The translations under genes were made by a program, and so were the position numbers. Shown one piece after another: positions 47,001-57,448 of a stretch of 64,000 bases of DNA. The stretch covers positions 23,994 to 87,993 of the forward strand of contig DASXCL010000055.1 of NCBI GenBank assembly GCA_036491195.1. The letters are read 5' to 3'. Positions within the stretch are counted from its first letter, which is position 1; each line of letters begins with the position of its first letter. The stretch is from Candidatus Angelobacter sp. Lineage in GTDB: Bacteria; Acidobacteriota; Terriglobia; Terriglobales; Acidobacteriaceae. The notes beneath the pieces were generated by a model. That model was not told where the DNA came from, ran no database searches, and saw only the letters and a program-made list of their open reading frames with translations.

Positions 47001-47471
47001 TTAGGACAGTCTTGTCGTCTCCAGCTTTTCCCGCAACTTTTTCAGACATCGGACCACATTGTCGCGATTCTTGGCGGAGATCAACCAGCGTGGCAGGGAG
47101 GAAGATATGCTGCGGCTGGACATCGCAGGGATGCGTTGTTCCCGCAGTTCGGCCGAAATGTACTGCTCCATGAAATCCAGGTGCTCGCGGTTCAAAATCC
47201 ACAGCATGTTTTTGTGGCAGGGAATCCTGAGCCACAGCGGACCTTTGGTAAAAAAATGGAACCCGGCCGGCGCCATCCATTGGTGACCGCAATGCAGGCA
47301 GCTGCAATCACCCAGCCGCCAAACCAGGGCCTTTGGATTCGTTGGAAAGACAAAACCCAGCAACTGGGCGCATTTGCCGCATTTCTTGCATTCCACAAGG
47401 ACCGGATGCCGCGGTGGCATAAAACGATCAAGCCTGAAGTGTTCACGCACCTGTATGCGTTTTTTCGCCAT
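47001..47471 (-). CDS. hypothetical Cys/His-rich (zinc-ribbon-like) protein
   Basis: 156 aa. CKKCGKC ... CSCLHCGH cluster. No family recognised. Confidence 0.45.
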   Translation of the reverse strand: MAKKRIQVREHFRLDRFMPPRHPVLVECKKCGKCAQLLGFVFPTNPKALVWRLGDCSCLHCGHQWMAPAGFHFFTKGPLWLRIPCHKNMLWILNREHLDFMEQYISAELREQRIPAMSSRSISSSLPRWLISAKNRDNVVRCLKKLREKLETTRLS

Positions 47472-47557
47472 CTCGACTTATTTTATAAGACGAACCAATT
47501 TTGCTGAGTCGCCGGGTTCCCCGGCATGATCCAATCTTCGGAACCTGGAGGACAAGC

Positions 47558-48082
47558 ATGCGGGAAACCGTGCAGGAATACACCAAACGATTATTGAGTT
47601 ATGGCGACGGCAAAGACCCCTTGCGGCAACAGCAGGCCGCGCCCGCAAAGCTGGCTGCGCTGCTGAAAGGGAAGAACAGCAAGCAACTCACGCGCCGCCC
47701 GGCCCCGGATAAATGGTCTGTCGCGGAGATTTTGGCCCATCTGGCCGACGGCGAACTGGTCATCGCATGGCGCATCCGCCAGATACTGGCCAATAATGCC
47801 ATCCCTATTCAGGCCTACGATCAGGACCTGTGGGCAAAAACGTTTGATTATGCCCATCGCGATCCACGCAAATCGCTGGCCAATTTCCGCACACTGCGTG
47901 AGGCTAATCTCGCCTTGCTCAAATCCGTCCCCAGAAAGCTATGGGAGAATTACGGCGTCCACCAGGAACGCGGCAATGAGAGCGTGAGCCACGTGGTCCG
48001 TTTGATTGCGGGGCATGATTTTAACCATTTGCGGCAGGTGGAGAGAATTCTAAAGGGAAGCCGGGGAAAGAAGGTGGCGTGA
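47558..48082 (+). CDS. DinB-family (DinB_2) metal-dependent protein
   Basis: ATG 47558 with ggag RBS. WSVAEILAHLADGELV and IAGHDFNHLRQV histidine motifs are typical of the DinB superfamily. Confidence 0.75.
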   Translation: MRETVQEYTKRLLSYGDGKDPLRQQQAAPAKLAALLKGKNSKQLTRRPAPDKWSVAEILAHLADGELVIAWRIRQILANNAIPIQAYDQDLWAKTFDYAHRDPRKSLANFRTLREANLALLKSVPRKLWENYGVHQERGNESVSHVVRLIAGHDFNHLRQVERILKGSRGKKVA

Positions 48083-48139
48083 TCGCGCCGCCTGCCTGAA
48101 ATGCCAAAAGGGGCCGTCGTGGTGACGGCCCCTTGAATC

Positions 48140-49063
48140 TTATTTCTTTGGCGTCGGCGCGGGAGTGGGTGACGGTGCAGGAGTCGCTGCGGCCGCCGGA
48201 GTCTTTTCGGGAGCTGCCGCCGGAGCAGGTATTTTGTCGGGTGCAGGAGCCTTTTCCTTGATCGATACCAATTCCACTTCGAATATCAAAGTGGCATTCG
48301 GACCGATCGGCCCACCCGGGGTGCCGCGAGCCCCGTAGGCGAGGTCGGACGGGATGAAAAGCTGCCACTTTGAGCCCACGGGCATCAATTGCAGCGCCTC
48401 CGTCCAACCCTTGATAACACCGGTTACCGGGAAGGTTGCGGGCTCTCCGCGCTTGTATGAGCTGTCAAATTCGTTGCCATTGATCAGAGTGCCTTTGTAG
48501 TTGCAGACGACGCTGTCGGCCGCGGTGGGCTTTGGCCCGGCGCCTTCTTTGATAATCTTATATTCCAATCCACTGGGCAGCGTCACGATGCCTTCTTTGC
48601 CTTTGTTGGCGGCCAGGAACGCATCGCCTTCCTTCTTATTGGCTTCACCCTCTTGCGCCGCTTTGGCCTGCATCTTGGCCTGCATCTCTCCCTGGAGCTT
48701 CATCAGCGCGGCGCGAGCTTCGTCTTCAGTCAGCAGTGTCTTACCGCCGGCCAATGCGTCTTTCAATCCCTGGATGAGCGCAGCACTGTCCACGTCCACG
48801 CTCTGGCGGTGCAGGCCGCCGCCCAGGTTCATTCCGATCGCGTAACTTGCCTTTTCTTTAGTGGTGGTCAGCGTGGTGACACCCTGCTTGGTCGCTGTGC
48901 CGGTTTTCTTAGCAGCGGATGAGGTCGATTTGGCTGCAGGCGCAGCCGGCTTTTTTGCCGGCGGAGTCTGGCTTGGGGTCGCAGATGTCTGCGCTACTGC
49001 GTTCCCCAGCAGTATCGCCCCTGCGGCCAGGAAGGTTCGTGCAACGTTCAAAGGTTTTCTCAT
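48140..49063 (-). CDS. FKBP-type peptidyl-prolyl isomerase, FkpA/Mip-like, secreted
   Basis: I trimmed the start to MRKPLNVARTFLAAGAILLG (ATG 49063). FKBP_N-like region (KEKASYAIGMNLG...), FKBP_C core (YKGTLINGNEFDSSY..G.PATFPVTGVIKGWTEALQLMPVGSKWQLFIPSDLAYG), and a Pro/Ala-rich tail. Confidence 0.88.
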   Translation of the reverse strand: MRKPLNVARTFLAAGAILLGNAVAQTSATPSQTPPAKKPAAPAAKSTSSAAKKTGTATKQGVTTLTTTKEKASYAIGMNLGGGLHRQSVDVDSAALIQGLKDALAGGKTLLTEDEARAALMKLQGEMQAKMQAKAAQEGEANKKEGDAFLAANKGKEGIVTLPSGLEYKIIKEGAGPKPTAADSVVCNYKGTLINGNEFDSSYKRGEPATFPVTGVIKGWTEALQLMPVGSKWQLFIPSDLAYGARGTPGGPIGPNATLIFEVELVSIKEKAPAPDKIPAPAAAPEKTPAAAATPAPSPTPAPTPKK

Positions 49064-49145
49064 GGCTCTATTGTCACATTGGTCGAAAAATGGCGCAAAT
49101 CGTAGTGGCCAACCGCTTTGCAGTCGCCGGCATCCACCTTGAGTT

Positions 49146-49559
49146 ATGCGAGGTCCGCGAGATAAGACGCCAGATTTATTTGCCGTGACTGCCGCGTTCT
49201 GTCTGCTGCTTCTAGCGATTGCAGGCTGCTTTGTTTCCACTCGCAACGCTTTAGCACAAACTTCCTCGCCTACACCGACCCCGACCGTTTCACCGACCCC
49301 GGACTTTACCCCGACGCCCAGCCCCACTCCCACAGCGACTCCGGTGTCCCCGACGCTCATCAATCCGACCCCGACTCCAACTCCGAGTTCGACACCAACA
49401 CCCACACCAACTCCCACGCCAACGCCAGTGCCTTCGGCTGCGCAGCAATACCAGCTCTTACGCAAGCCCGGCGACTTCCAGATTGCTTCCGGTTTTCAGA
49501 ATTATTCCTTGTCCAATGTTCGATATCGGACAAGCTTTGTAAAATCACTCCGTTATTGA
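49146..49559 (+). CDS. small secreted protein with Pro-Thr repeat linker
   Basis: 137 aa. Signal-like N-terminus ([20 protein letters not shown]...ALAQ), a ~70-aa (S/T)P(T)P repeat, and a short C-terminal non-repeat region. Divergent from the FKBP gene. Confidence 0.4.
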   Translation: MRGPRDKTPDLFAVTAAFCLLLLAIAGCFVSTRNALAQTSSPTPTPTVSPTPDFTPTPSPTPTATPVSPTLINPTPTPTPSSTPTPTPTPTPTPVPSAAQQYQLLRKPGDFQIASGFQNYSLSNVRYRTSFVKSLRY

Positions 49560-49779
49560 GATCACAGTCTGATCGACTCGCTAACCTCCAGAGTCGAACT
49601 TGAGCAGTATGCTCACAGGAAAGTCGAGGCTAGGCATCCGCACCATAGAAACGCAGTCGTTAGAATGCCTTGTCCGGCTACATGGGCTGGCGGCACAGCG
49701 CTGAATCCCATTAAGAATGTGCGGCAGGATTGTGGCCACAATATAGTTGTAGAAATGTGCAGAGAAAGGAAAAAAGAAT

Positions 49780-50034
49780 ATGGCAACTCCGTCATTCAAA
49801 TCCACCATTCAACCTTTTTTTACTGCGTGTTATCGCTCCCATATGATTAACGCCATGGGCCTCGATCTTTGGGATGCCAGCCAGGTGCAGGATAGCTGGG
49901 ACGACATCAACTCCTCGGTCGCGTCCGGCTCCATGCCAAGGGCCGGATGTCCCGAAGGAGTCTGGGACCAAGCCACGCAAAAATTGTTTCTCTCAGATTT
50001 TCTCGCCTGGAAGAACGCCGGCTATCCTCCGTAA
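49780..50034 (+). CDS. hypothetical small protein
   Basis: 84 aa, upstream of and co-directional with the 560-aa secreted protein. No motif recognised with confidence. Confidence 0.35.
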   Translation: MATPSFKSTIQPFFTACYRSHMINAMGLDLWDASQVQDSWDDINSSVASGSMPRAGCPEGVWDQATQKLFLSDFLAWKNAGYPP

Positions 50035-50137
50035 AACGCCATTGGCGCACCGTTTGTTTCAGCGCTCTCGCTTCCTTCTGTTTTTAACGCCGCTTGTCTC
50101 AGCGTGGTCTTCACCACGCGCAAAGAAAAGGAGCACC

Positions 50138-51820
50138 ATGGCAAGAAATATGGTCCTGAGTTGTATACTCTCGCGGGTTGCCGGCCCAGCTGTGGCCGGC
50201 ATAATTCTGCTTGCTCTTTGTCCAACCGCCTGGGGGCAAATGCCGATCTGCCCCCCTCCGGCTCCCTCCATCTCTTCACCCGCTCTTCCCACAGACGCTC
50301 TGCCGTGCGCGAACAATGGCATTACACAGTTCGACGATTTCTCCTGGCGCAGTTTCATCGCGCTGATCTGGCCGGCCGCGAATGGCCAGCGCGGCGTCCC
50401 TGACGCTGCTCAAACCAATTTCCCGGTCAATGTGCCGCTGGTGTTCGAAACTTATAAGGCGGATTGGGAAAGTTTTCCGCCGACGACTTCCCCGAACCCT
50501 CCGCCTGCTCCGGCCCCATGGAAGAACTTTGCGGGAACCACCAATCCTTGCGGATCTTCAGTGAATGTCGGCTGGGGTGACCTGCTGCTTGCGTCCGATA
50601 CAAAATTCGGCAACCTGGGGCTTGCGGGCTTTGGCAATTTCTTCGTTGGACCGGTCATCTCCAGCGGATTTGCCCAGAGCACGGCGCAACAACACTACCT
50701 ACGTTACCAGGCTTCGTATAACGAGACAGAGTACAACCAGATCCTGAACAACCAGTGGTACCTACAGGCAAAGCTGGGAAACGTGACCTTCTGTTCCAAC
50801 GGAGCCACCGTGAGTGGCCAGCAATGTCCCGCAGAGAACAGCGTTGACCTGAAGTCCTCATGGATGGATATGGACGGTGTTCCCGCGAATCTTCAGTCCC
50901 GCTATTACACCAAACAAGCATGGGTTTTCGATCCAATCACCGACAAGTGCTCCCAGCGGACAATGGGTCTGGTGGGCTTGCACATTGTCTCCAAAACACC
51001 TTCCCGGCCGCAGTGGATTTGGTCCACCTTCGAGCAGATTGACAATGTTCCCGTTGTCGCTGGCGCCACGCCTACCAGCAATACCCAATTCAACCTGAAT
51101 GACGGCAATGCGAGCAATACGATGCCCAGCAGTGATCCCTACTGTGTGCCCGGCCAACCCGGAAACCAGAATGGATGTCCCGGCACTCCACCTCCGCCTG
51201 CGGTCATCCCCGCAGATGCTTCTCAGGCAAAGCGGTTCAACGTGACGCGCGTCCAACCAATTGGAATTGGTTACCCGCCTGGAAAACCTGACCAAACCAC
51301 TCCTGCAACCAATGCCGCTTACCAGGCATTGCTGGCCAAGGCGGCGCCAAACTCGCCCTGGCAGTATTACCAACTGGTAATGACGCAATGGCCTGTTCCG
51401 GGAAATACCCCGGCCAATCCGGGATTTACGAAATTCTCATTTCCCGGCACCATCAAAGGCCTCCTATGCCCCACAGGATGCAGCTTCGCGAACGTTACCA
51501 TGGAGACATTCGATCAAAACAGCGTTTCCAAAGGCTGCATGAACTGCCACAACTTCACCGCGCACCCCAACGGGCCCGGTTCGCCTGGAGACGATTTTCT
51601 CTGGTCGCTGGCGGTGAATGCTTATGCCCCGCCTGCTCCCGCCGGCCTCACGGCAGCTGCCAAAGCTCGCTCCAGGTTTGCGCCTTCAAGCGTTGCTGCC
51701 TTCAAGGGGCTGGCTGCATTGCAACACAGCGCGATTACCGAAAACAAGGTTCGCATGAAAAAGACGAAACCGGCGGCCAAGCCCAAAGCGAAGGCCCCGG
51801 CTAAACCAACGGACAAATAG
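50138..51820 (+). CDS. secreted hypothetical protein with single CxxCH motif and Lys/Ala/Pro-rich tail
   Basis: ATG 50138 preceded by aaaaggag. Signal peptide MARNMVLSCILSRVAGPAVAGIILLALCPTAWGQ. CMNCH at 51536-51550. C-terminal KKTKPAAKPKAKAPAKPTDK. Confidence 0.65.
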   Translation: MARNMVLSCILSRVAGPAVAGIILLALCPTAWGQMPICPPPAPSISSPALPTDALPCANNGITQFDDFSWRSFIALIWPAANGQRGVPDAAQTNFPVNVPLVFETYKADWESFPPTTSPNPPPAPAPWKNFAGTTNPCGSSVNVGWGDLLLASDTKFGNLGLAGFGNFFVGPVISSGFAQSTAQQHYLRYQASYNETEYNQILNNQWYLQAKLGNVTFCSNGATVSGQQCPAENSVDLKSSWMDMDGVPANLQSRYYTKQAWVFDPITDKCSQRTMGLVGLHIVSKTPSRPQWIWSTFEQIDNVPVVAGATPTSNTQFNLNDGNASNTMPSSDPYCVPGQPGNQNGCPGTPPPPAVIPADASQAKRFNVTRVQPIGIGYPPGKPDQTTPATNAAYQALLAKAAPNSPWQYYQLVMTQWPVPGNTPANPGFTKFSFPGTIKGLLCPTGCSFANVTMETFDQNSVSKGCMNCHNFTAHPNGPGSPGDDFLWSLAVNAYAPPAPAGLTAAAKARSRFAPSSVAAFKGLAALQHSAITENKVRMKKTKPAAKPKAKAPAKPTDK

Positions 51821-51881
51821 AAGAGAAGATTGGCCAGCGGCTCGACCGCCCCGGCTTACAGAAAGACTTCTCATTCCCAAC

Positions 51882-51918
51882 AAAAACCCCCGCCAGTTTT
51901 GCTGGCGGGGATTTTGTT
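51882..51918. terminator. bidirectional rho-independent terminator between convergent genes
   Basis: Stem ccccgccag / ctggcgggg with A-run upstream and T-run downstream (aaaaa-stem-attttgtt), so it works on both strands. Lies between the 50138-51820 (+) gene and clpC (-). Confidence 0.75.
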
Positions 51919-51935
51919 GAATCGCCGATTTGCGA

Positions 51936-54392
51936 TTAGTTGCTGTAGAGCAGGACACCATCGCTCTTTTCTGCGCCATCGCCAACCGGGCGATAGAACA
52001 GTTGATCGCCTTCCAGGTAAACCTCAATGAAGGCCGGACGCGTGGTGATGGTTCCCTGGATCAGCGCCTCAGATAGCGGGTCTTCAATATACCGCTGCAA
52101 GGCCCTGCGCAACGGACGCGCGCCGTAACTGCGGTCCACCAGCGTCTTATCCAGTATCCACCGCTTCGCTTCCTCGGTCACCGTGATCGTGATGTGGCGC
52201 TGCGCCAGGTTGCCGTTGAGCTGCTGCACCAGCAGTTCAAGGATCTGGATCAGGTCAGCATCGGTCAGGGCCTGGAAAATAATTACTTCATCCAGACGGT
52301 TCAGGAACTCAGGATTGAAAGTTTTCTTCACTTCCTGTCTTACCAGCTCCTCAACTTTATCGTGGACCGTTTCTTCCTTGTCGAGCGAGAAGCCGAGCCC
52401 TTTGCGCTTCATCAGGTGCCGCGCGCCGATGTTGGAGGTCATCACGATGATTACGTTCTTGAAATCCACCGTGTTGCCCAATCCGTCAGTGAGCTGTCCA
52501 TCTTCAAGGACTTGCAGCAGGATGTTGAAAACATCCGGATGCGCCTTCTCGATTTCGTCCAACAGCACAACAGAGTAAGGTGACCGCTTCACGCGTTCGG
52601 TCAACTGGCCGCCCTCTTCGTATCCTACGTATCCTGGAGGCGAGCCGATCAGCTTGCTGACTGAATGCTTCTCCATGAACTCGGACATATCGAAGCGGAT
52701 CAGAGATTTATCGCTGCCAAAGAGGAAGTGCGCCAGTGTGCGCGCGACTTCGGTTTTGCCCACGCCGGTCGGACCCAGGAACAGGAACGAACCGATGGGG
52801 CGGTGTGGAGATTTCAAGCCTGCACGTGAGCGGCGGATCGAACGGGCCAGGGCGCTGATGGCCTTGTCCTGTGAGATCACGCGCTTGTGCAGCTCTTCTT
52901 CCACACGCAGCAGTTTCTGTGTCTCTTCTTCCTTGATGGAGGTCACGGGCACGCCGGTCCAGCGGCTGACCACTTCCTCAATGTCCTCGCGGCCCACAAC
53001 TCCGGTGGAAGACTCATCCAGATGATATTTCTCGCGCAGGGCGCGCAGGTTCTCGCGCTCCTTGCGCTCTTCGTCGGAGTAGAAGCGCGCCTTTTCGAAC
53101 TCATGGTTCGCAATCGCGTTCTCCATCCGGTGAACAATAAACTTGATCCGCTTCTGGACTTCTGTGATCTCTTCTGGCAGCGATGTCTGGCGCAGTTTCA
53201 CGCGCGCGCCGGCTTCGTCCAGCAGGTCGATTGCCTTGTCCGGCAGGAAGCGGTCTGGAATGTACCGGTTTGAGTGGTACACCGCGAACTGGATCGCTTC
53301 GTCCGTATAGCTTACGGCGTGGAACTTCTCATAACGTTCTTTGATGCCGTAGATGATCTTGACCGCCTGATCTTCTCCTGGTGGCGGAACTTTCACGGCC
53401 TGGAATCGCCGTTCCAGCGAGCGGTCCTTCTCAATCGACTTGCGATATTCGCCCGGTGTGGTTGCGCCGATGCACTGAATTTCACCGCGTGAAAGCGCGG
53501 GCTTCAGAATGTTTGCGGCATCCAGCGAGCCTTCCGCCGAGCCGGCCCCGACCAGCGTGTGCAACTCATCGATAAAGATGATGCAGTTCTGGCTCTCCAT
53601 CAATTCCTTCATGATGGTCTTCAGGCGCTCTTCAAACTGTCCGCGATATTTGGTTCCGGCAACGATCAATGAAAGATCGAGCCCGAGGATTCTCTTGTCT
53701 GCCAGGAATGACGGCACGTCGCCATCGGCGATACGCTGGGCCAGACCTTCAACGATTGCGGTTTTGCCTACGCCTGGTTCGCCAATCAACACCGGATTGT
53801 TCTTGGTGCGGCGGCACAGAATCTGGATCACGCGCTCAACTTCGCCTTCACGGCCGACAAGCGGATCTAGCTGGCCATCCATGGCGGCCTGGGTCAGGTC
53901 GCGTGAGAATTCCGCCAGCAGAGAAGATTCGCGGTTAGAGCCGCGCTGGGGTTGGGCCTTTTCCTGCGTGCTCCGGGCCAGTTCTTCACGGATGGCGCTC
54001 AGGCGCAGTCCACGCTCGTGCAGAATTTCAGCGGCAAAGCACTTTTCTTCACGCAGCAATCCCAATAGCAAGTGCTCCGTGCCAATGTGCTTGTGGCTGA
54101 GGCGTTCCGCCTCTTCCGCCGCGTATGCCAATACCCGTTTGCATTCATTGCTTAAAGGCAGGTCCACGGAAGTGGAAACTTTCTCCCGAATCGTGGTGTG
54201 CCCTTCAATCTGCTTGCGGATAGATTCGACTGACGCGTGAGAGCGCAGAAAGCGGTTGGTCAACGCTTTGTCTTCGCGCAGCAAGCCCAGCAGCAGGTGC
54301 TCCGTCTCAATGTACGGAGAGCCGAACTGGCTGGCTTCGTATCTTGCAAAGAAGATTACGCGCCTGGCTTTCTCTGTATACCGCTCGAACAT
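51936..54392 (-). CDS. clpC: ATP-dependent Clp protease ATP-binding subunit ClpC
   Basis: 818 aa. Duplicated Clp_N ([20 protein letters not shown]...; ...[11 protein letters not shown]), two AAA+ modules (GEPGVGKTA; GPTGVGKTE), and a UVR-like middle segment ([16 protein letters not shown]). Confidence 0.92.
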   Translation of the reverse strand: MFERYTEKARRVIFFARYEASQFGSPYIETEHLLLGLLREDKALTNRFLRSHASVESIRKQIEGHTTIREKVSTSVDLPLSNECKRVLAYAAEEAERLSHKHIGTEHLLLGLLREEKCFAAEILHERGLRLSAIREELARSTQEKAQPQRGSNRESSLLAEFSRDLTQAAMDGQLDPLVGREGEVERVIQILCRRTKNNPVLIGEPGVGKTAIVEGLAQRIADGDVPSFLADKRILGLDLSLIVAGTKYRGQFEERLKTIMKELMESQNCIIFIDELHTLVGAGSAEGSLDAANILKPALSRGEIQCIGATTPGEYRKSIEKDRSLERRFQAVKVPPPGEDQAVKIIYGIKERYEKFHAVSYTDEAIQFAVYHSNRYIPDRFLPDKAIDLLDEAGARVKLRQTSLPEEITEVQKRIKFIVHRMENAIANHEFEKARFYSDEERKERENLRALREKYHLDESSTGVVGREDIEEVVSRWTGVPVTSIKEEETQKLLRVEEELHKRVISQDKAISALARSIRRSRAGLKSPHRPIGSFLFLGPTGVGKTEVARTLAHFLFGSDKSLIRFDMSEFMEKHSVSKLIGSPPGYVGYEEGGQLTERVKRSPYSVVLLDEIEKAHPDVFNILLQVLEDGQLTDGLGNTVDFKNVIIVMTSNIGARHLMKRKGLGFSLDKEETVHDKVEELVRQEVKKTFNPEFLNRLDEVIIFQALTDADLIQILELLVQQLNGNLAQRHITITVTEEAKRWILDKTLVDRSYGARPLRRALQRYIEDPLSEALIQGTITTRPAFIEVYLEGDQLFYRPVGDGAEKSDGVLLYSN

Positions 54393-54592
54393 ATTCCCCT
54401 CACCCAGATGCTCCCAGTCACCTCTGCCGGAAACATCTCTCTACTTTCTGGCTGCGTACTGCGCACCCACCAGAAAGAAGCCTTGCTGTCCTGCCAGCGC
54501 CCTCCGTCACGAGGGCTTCAGCTGCTGCGCCGGACAAACCGCCATCTGCCTTATTGGCAGAAAATCCCGGAAACTGTCCCTTCACCCTCCCG

Positions 54593-55336
54593 CTAATCCA
54601 GCGAATCGGGCGAAACCTCCTCGGCCAGGCCGTGATGCAACCGCAGCACGCGGTCGCAGCGACGGGCAAATTCAAGGTTATGGGTGACGATAAGGGAAGT
54701 GAGCCGGTACTCTCGATGAAGTCTTTGCACCAAGGCGAATACCATTTCTGCGGTCCGGTTATCCAGATCTCCTGTTGGCTCGTCCGCCATCAGGATTTCC
54801 GGTCCTGTCACCAACGCCCTGGCCAGGGCCACCCGCTGTTGCTCACCGCCGGAAAGCTCTCCTGCGCGATGATGACTACGGCTCTCCAATCCAACTTCCC
54901 GCAACCAGCCGCCGGCTTTCTCCATGGCCTGTCGGTACGCGGTTCCTTGCATTAAGAGCGGCATTGCAACATTCTCCTGCGCCGTAAATTCCGGCAGCAG
55001 GTAGTGAAACTGCCAGACAAAGCCGATAGCACGATTGCGAAAATCCGCTGCCGCATCGTCTGTAAGTTTCGCTACGGGAATCTGGGCGCAGTATACGTCA
55101 CCTGCGGAAGCACGATCAAGAGCACCGAGGATATGCAACAGGCTGCTTTTACCGGCGCCAGACTCGCCCACAATGGCAAGCATTTCCCCCTTCCTCACCT
55201 GGAAGGACAAGTTTTCAAAGAGCACTAAATCTGTCTGACCTGACTTATAAACCTTCTTAAGTCCACTCACGCGAACGACTTCGGGCTGCAAACCTGCTTG
55301 ATCTATTGGATGCACCGGCCAGCCCCAATGGTGCAA
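54593..55336 (-). CDS. lolD: lipoprotein-releasing ABC transporter ATP-binding protein LolD
   Basis: Walker [10 protein letters not shown], signature [15 protein letters not shown], Walker [13 protein letters not shown]. Sits adjacent to a LolC/E-type permease. The true start is probably downstream of 55336 (for example TTG 55291). Confidence 0.8.
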   Translation of the reverse strand: MHHWGWPVHPIDQAGLQPEVVRVSGLKKVYKSGQTDLVLFENLSFQVRKGEMLAIVGESGAGKSSLLHILGALDRASAGDVYCAQIPVAKLTDDAAADFRNRAIGFVWQFHYLLPEFTAQENVAMPLLMQGTAYRQAMEKAGGWLREVGLESRSHHRAGELSGGEQQRVALARALVTGPEILMADEPTGDLDNRTAEMVFALVQRLHREYRLTSLIVTHNLEFARRCDRVLRLHHGLAEEVSPDSLD

Positions 55337-55539
55337 TCATCCAGATTCGCCTGCATTTTCAGTGCCTTTCCCGTCGTTCATACCGCTTACTTGTTAGAAC
55401 CCATGTAACGAAAGATAATCTCCAAAATTTTCAGCTCGAAACTTCTTGAGATTTCATTAAACTTCTTAATTCTTCCTGGCCCAAACTCCTAGTCTGTCAA
55501 CATCTTCCATCTCTTGCGACCATGAAGCAATTAGGTCTT

Positions 55540-56817
55540 TCACTCATAGCGTAACGCTTCCGCCGGCAAAACGCGCGCCGCCGACCAGGAGGGATACAGA
55601 GTGGCAACAAAAGAGATCAGCAGGGCTACTGCTGCGATCAGCACGCCATCGATCACCCGCGGCGCAAAAGGCAGGTAATCGATGGAATAGACCTCTGAAG
55701 ATAGCGCCACAAAATGGTATCTGGCCCCGGCAATAGCCACGCCGTAGCCCAGGATCAATCCAGCAACTGTTCCAATCACGCCAATCAGCACGCCCTGAAA
55801 CATGAAAATACCTCGGATCTGCCTGCGTTTGGCCCCCATCGAAATCAGCACGGCCACATCCTTGGTTTTCTCCATCACCATCATGATCAAGGAGATCAAA
55901 ATGTTCAAAGCCGCGACAAAAATGATCAACCCAATGGTCAGGAATGTCACAACCCGCTCCAAGCGCAACGCCTTGAACAGTGCCCGGTTTTCATCCATCC
56001 AGCTCTTGGCGACGAAGCCGGGTCCGGCTGCTTTCTCCAGAGCGTTTCCCACCTCTTCCGCTTTATACAGATCGTCAATCTTGAACTCTATGACGGATAT
56101 CACAGTGTCCGGCAGGCTGAAAAGCCGTTGCGCGTCAGAGAGGCGAATGAAGGCCCACGCACTGTCATAGTTATAGAAACCTGAGCGGAAAATACCGGTA
56201 ACTTTAAATTGCTGGTACTTAGGCATCATCCCAATAGGCGAGAGTTCGCCTTGCGGGCTGATGATCATGATGGTTGAGCCCACCGTCGCGCCAATGGTCT
56301 CAGCTAAGTCCTTTCCCAACACAATTGGTGGGATGGCCTTGCCAGCTTTGCAAGCCTCGTCCGTGTCCGCGCAGGGTTCTAACGCAGCCGCAGACCCCAG
56401 CTTTATGGATTTCAGTAGCTCGCTTACCCGATTTTCATATTCCGGGATCACACCTTTTACCAGCGCGCCGCTTGCCCTGGCCGCTCGTGTCGCCATCACC
56501 TGTCCGTACATCGCCGGAGCGACGCCCGTAACACGTGGCTGTTTAGCCAGCCGATCCATCAACGCTCGCCAGTCTTCAATGCCGTCATTCTGCACGCGAA
56601 CAAGATTGATGTGCGATTGCGACCCCAGTAACTGGTCCTGAAGGTCTTTTTGAAATCCAGCGTTGATGGAAAGCGCAATTACCAGCGAGGCCACGCCTGC
56701 CGTGACGCCGATGACCGAAATGACAGTGATCACGCCAATCACTGCCTGACGGCGTTTGGCCCGGAGATATCGCGCGGCAACAAAAAGCTCAAATCTCACG
56801 CTGCCCTCCCAGACCAT
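55540..56817 (-). CDS. lipoprotein-releasing system permease LolC/LolE family (FtsX/MacB-type)
   Basis: 425 aa. RFELFVAARYLRAKRRQ start, a periplasmic domain, and a C-terminal FtsX module (EKTKDVAVLISMGA). Confidence 0.82.
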   Translation of the reverse strand: MVWEGSVRFELFVAARYLRAKRRQAVIGVITVISVIGVTAGVASLVIALSINAGFQKDLQDQLLGSQSHINLVRVQNDGIEDWRALMDRLAKQPRVTGVAPAMYGQVMATRAARASGALVKGVIPEYENRVSELLKSIKLGSAAALEPCADTDEACKAGKAIPPIVLGKDLAETIGATVGSTIMIISPQGELSPIGMMPKYQQFKVTGIFRSGFYNYDSAWAFIRLSDAQRLFSLPDTVISVIEFKIDDLYKAEEVGNALEKAAGPGFVAKSWMDENRALFKALRLERVVTFLTIGLIIFVAALNILISLIMMVMEKTKDVAVLISMGAKRRQIRGIFMFQGVLIGVIGTVAGLILGYGVAIAGARYHFVALSSEVYSIDYLPFAPRVIDGVLIAAVALLISFVATLYPSWSAARVLPAEALRYE

Positions 56818-56827
56818 GTTCGGAGTC

Positions 56828-57424
56828 TCATGCGGAGATCCTCTGAAATGGCAAAGGAATTAAGGGCACGCGGGCCTTGTATTCGAGAAAGCGCTGCCCA
56901 AATCTTTTTTCCAATTCGTGTTCTTCAATCCAAACCATCAGTGGAAATGTTCCGAGCGCGCTGACGCCCAGCAGAACAAGCGTTACGACCAGCCCGCTAC
57001 CTACACTCCATCCGGCCAGATTCAACAGATGGGCGACATAAATAGGATGGCGCATGCGTGCGTGAAGTCCGGTAGTCACCAACTCCTGCGCGTGTTCCTG
57101 TGGACGCAGCTCGGCTTCACCGCTGAGCTTGTGCGTTCCAAAACCAGAGCGTATGCCGATGTATGTCCTGAGACCTAAAAACATCAGAAGCGCTGCGGGC
57201 GTCCACATCCACGGAGATGAATAAAGCCGTTCGGAATGCCATGGCCAGGTAGCCCAGGCCAGGGCAGCGATGATCGCCGCCCAGATCGGCAGCAACAGCA
57301 GATAAGGCGAACGGTGCATCCTGCGCCAGAAATCGGCAAACGGATGGATAGCAAACCAGAAAAGCGGAATGCTGCTGTAGAGCACACTCACCATCCATGG
57401 GATGTGCAGCAGCTTTGCCTCCAT
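56828..57424 (-). CDS. isoprenylcysteine carboxyl methyltransferase (ICMT)/phospholipid methyltransferase-family membrane protein
   Basis: I trimmed the start to MEAKLLHIPWMV (ATG 57424). Multi-TM. LVTTGLHARMRHPIYVAHLL and EEHELEKRFG are typical of the ICMT/PEMT family. Confidence 0.7.
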   Translation of the reverse strand: MEAKLLHIPWMVSVLYSSIPLFWFAIHPFADFWRRMHRSPYLLLLPIWAAIIAALAWATWPWHSERLYSSPWMWTPAALLMFLGLRTYIGIRSGFGTHKLSGEAELRPQEHAQELVTTGLHARMRHPIYVAHLLNLAGWSVGSGLVVTLVLLGVSALGTFPLMVWIEEHELEKRFGQRFLEYKARVPLIPLPFQRISA

Positions 57425-57448
57425 GACTGGATTGTAACAGTGATTAGA

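Noticed and set aside
49064-49465. N-terminal 134-codon extension of the FKBP ORF (GVGVGVGV... region) in the 441-aa tracked ORF
   Set aside because: It is the reverse-strand reading of the Pro-Thr repeat DNA. A proper ATG followed by a signal peptide (MRKPLNVARTFLAAGAILLG) occurs at 49063, so the extension is an ORF-calling artefact.
49874-50137. 88-codon N-terminal extension of the 648-aa tracked ORF, overlapping the 84-aa ORF
   Set aside because: An ATG with a strong aaaaggag RBS, followed by a typical signal peptide, is present at 50138. The upstream part is Arg/Pro-rich filler.
57236-57448. Upstream extension of the HAD hydrolase ORF overlapping the divergent ICMT-like gene
   Set aside because: HAD motif I (FDLDDTLYDC) lies well downstream. 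The extension is the antisense of a well-supported membrane protein gene.
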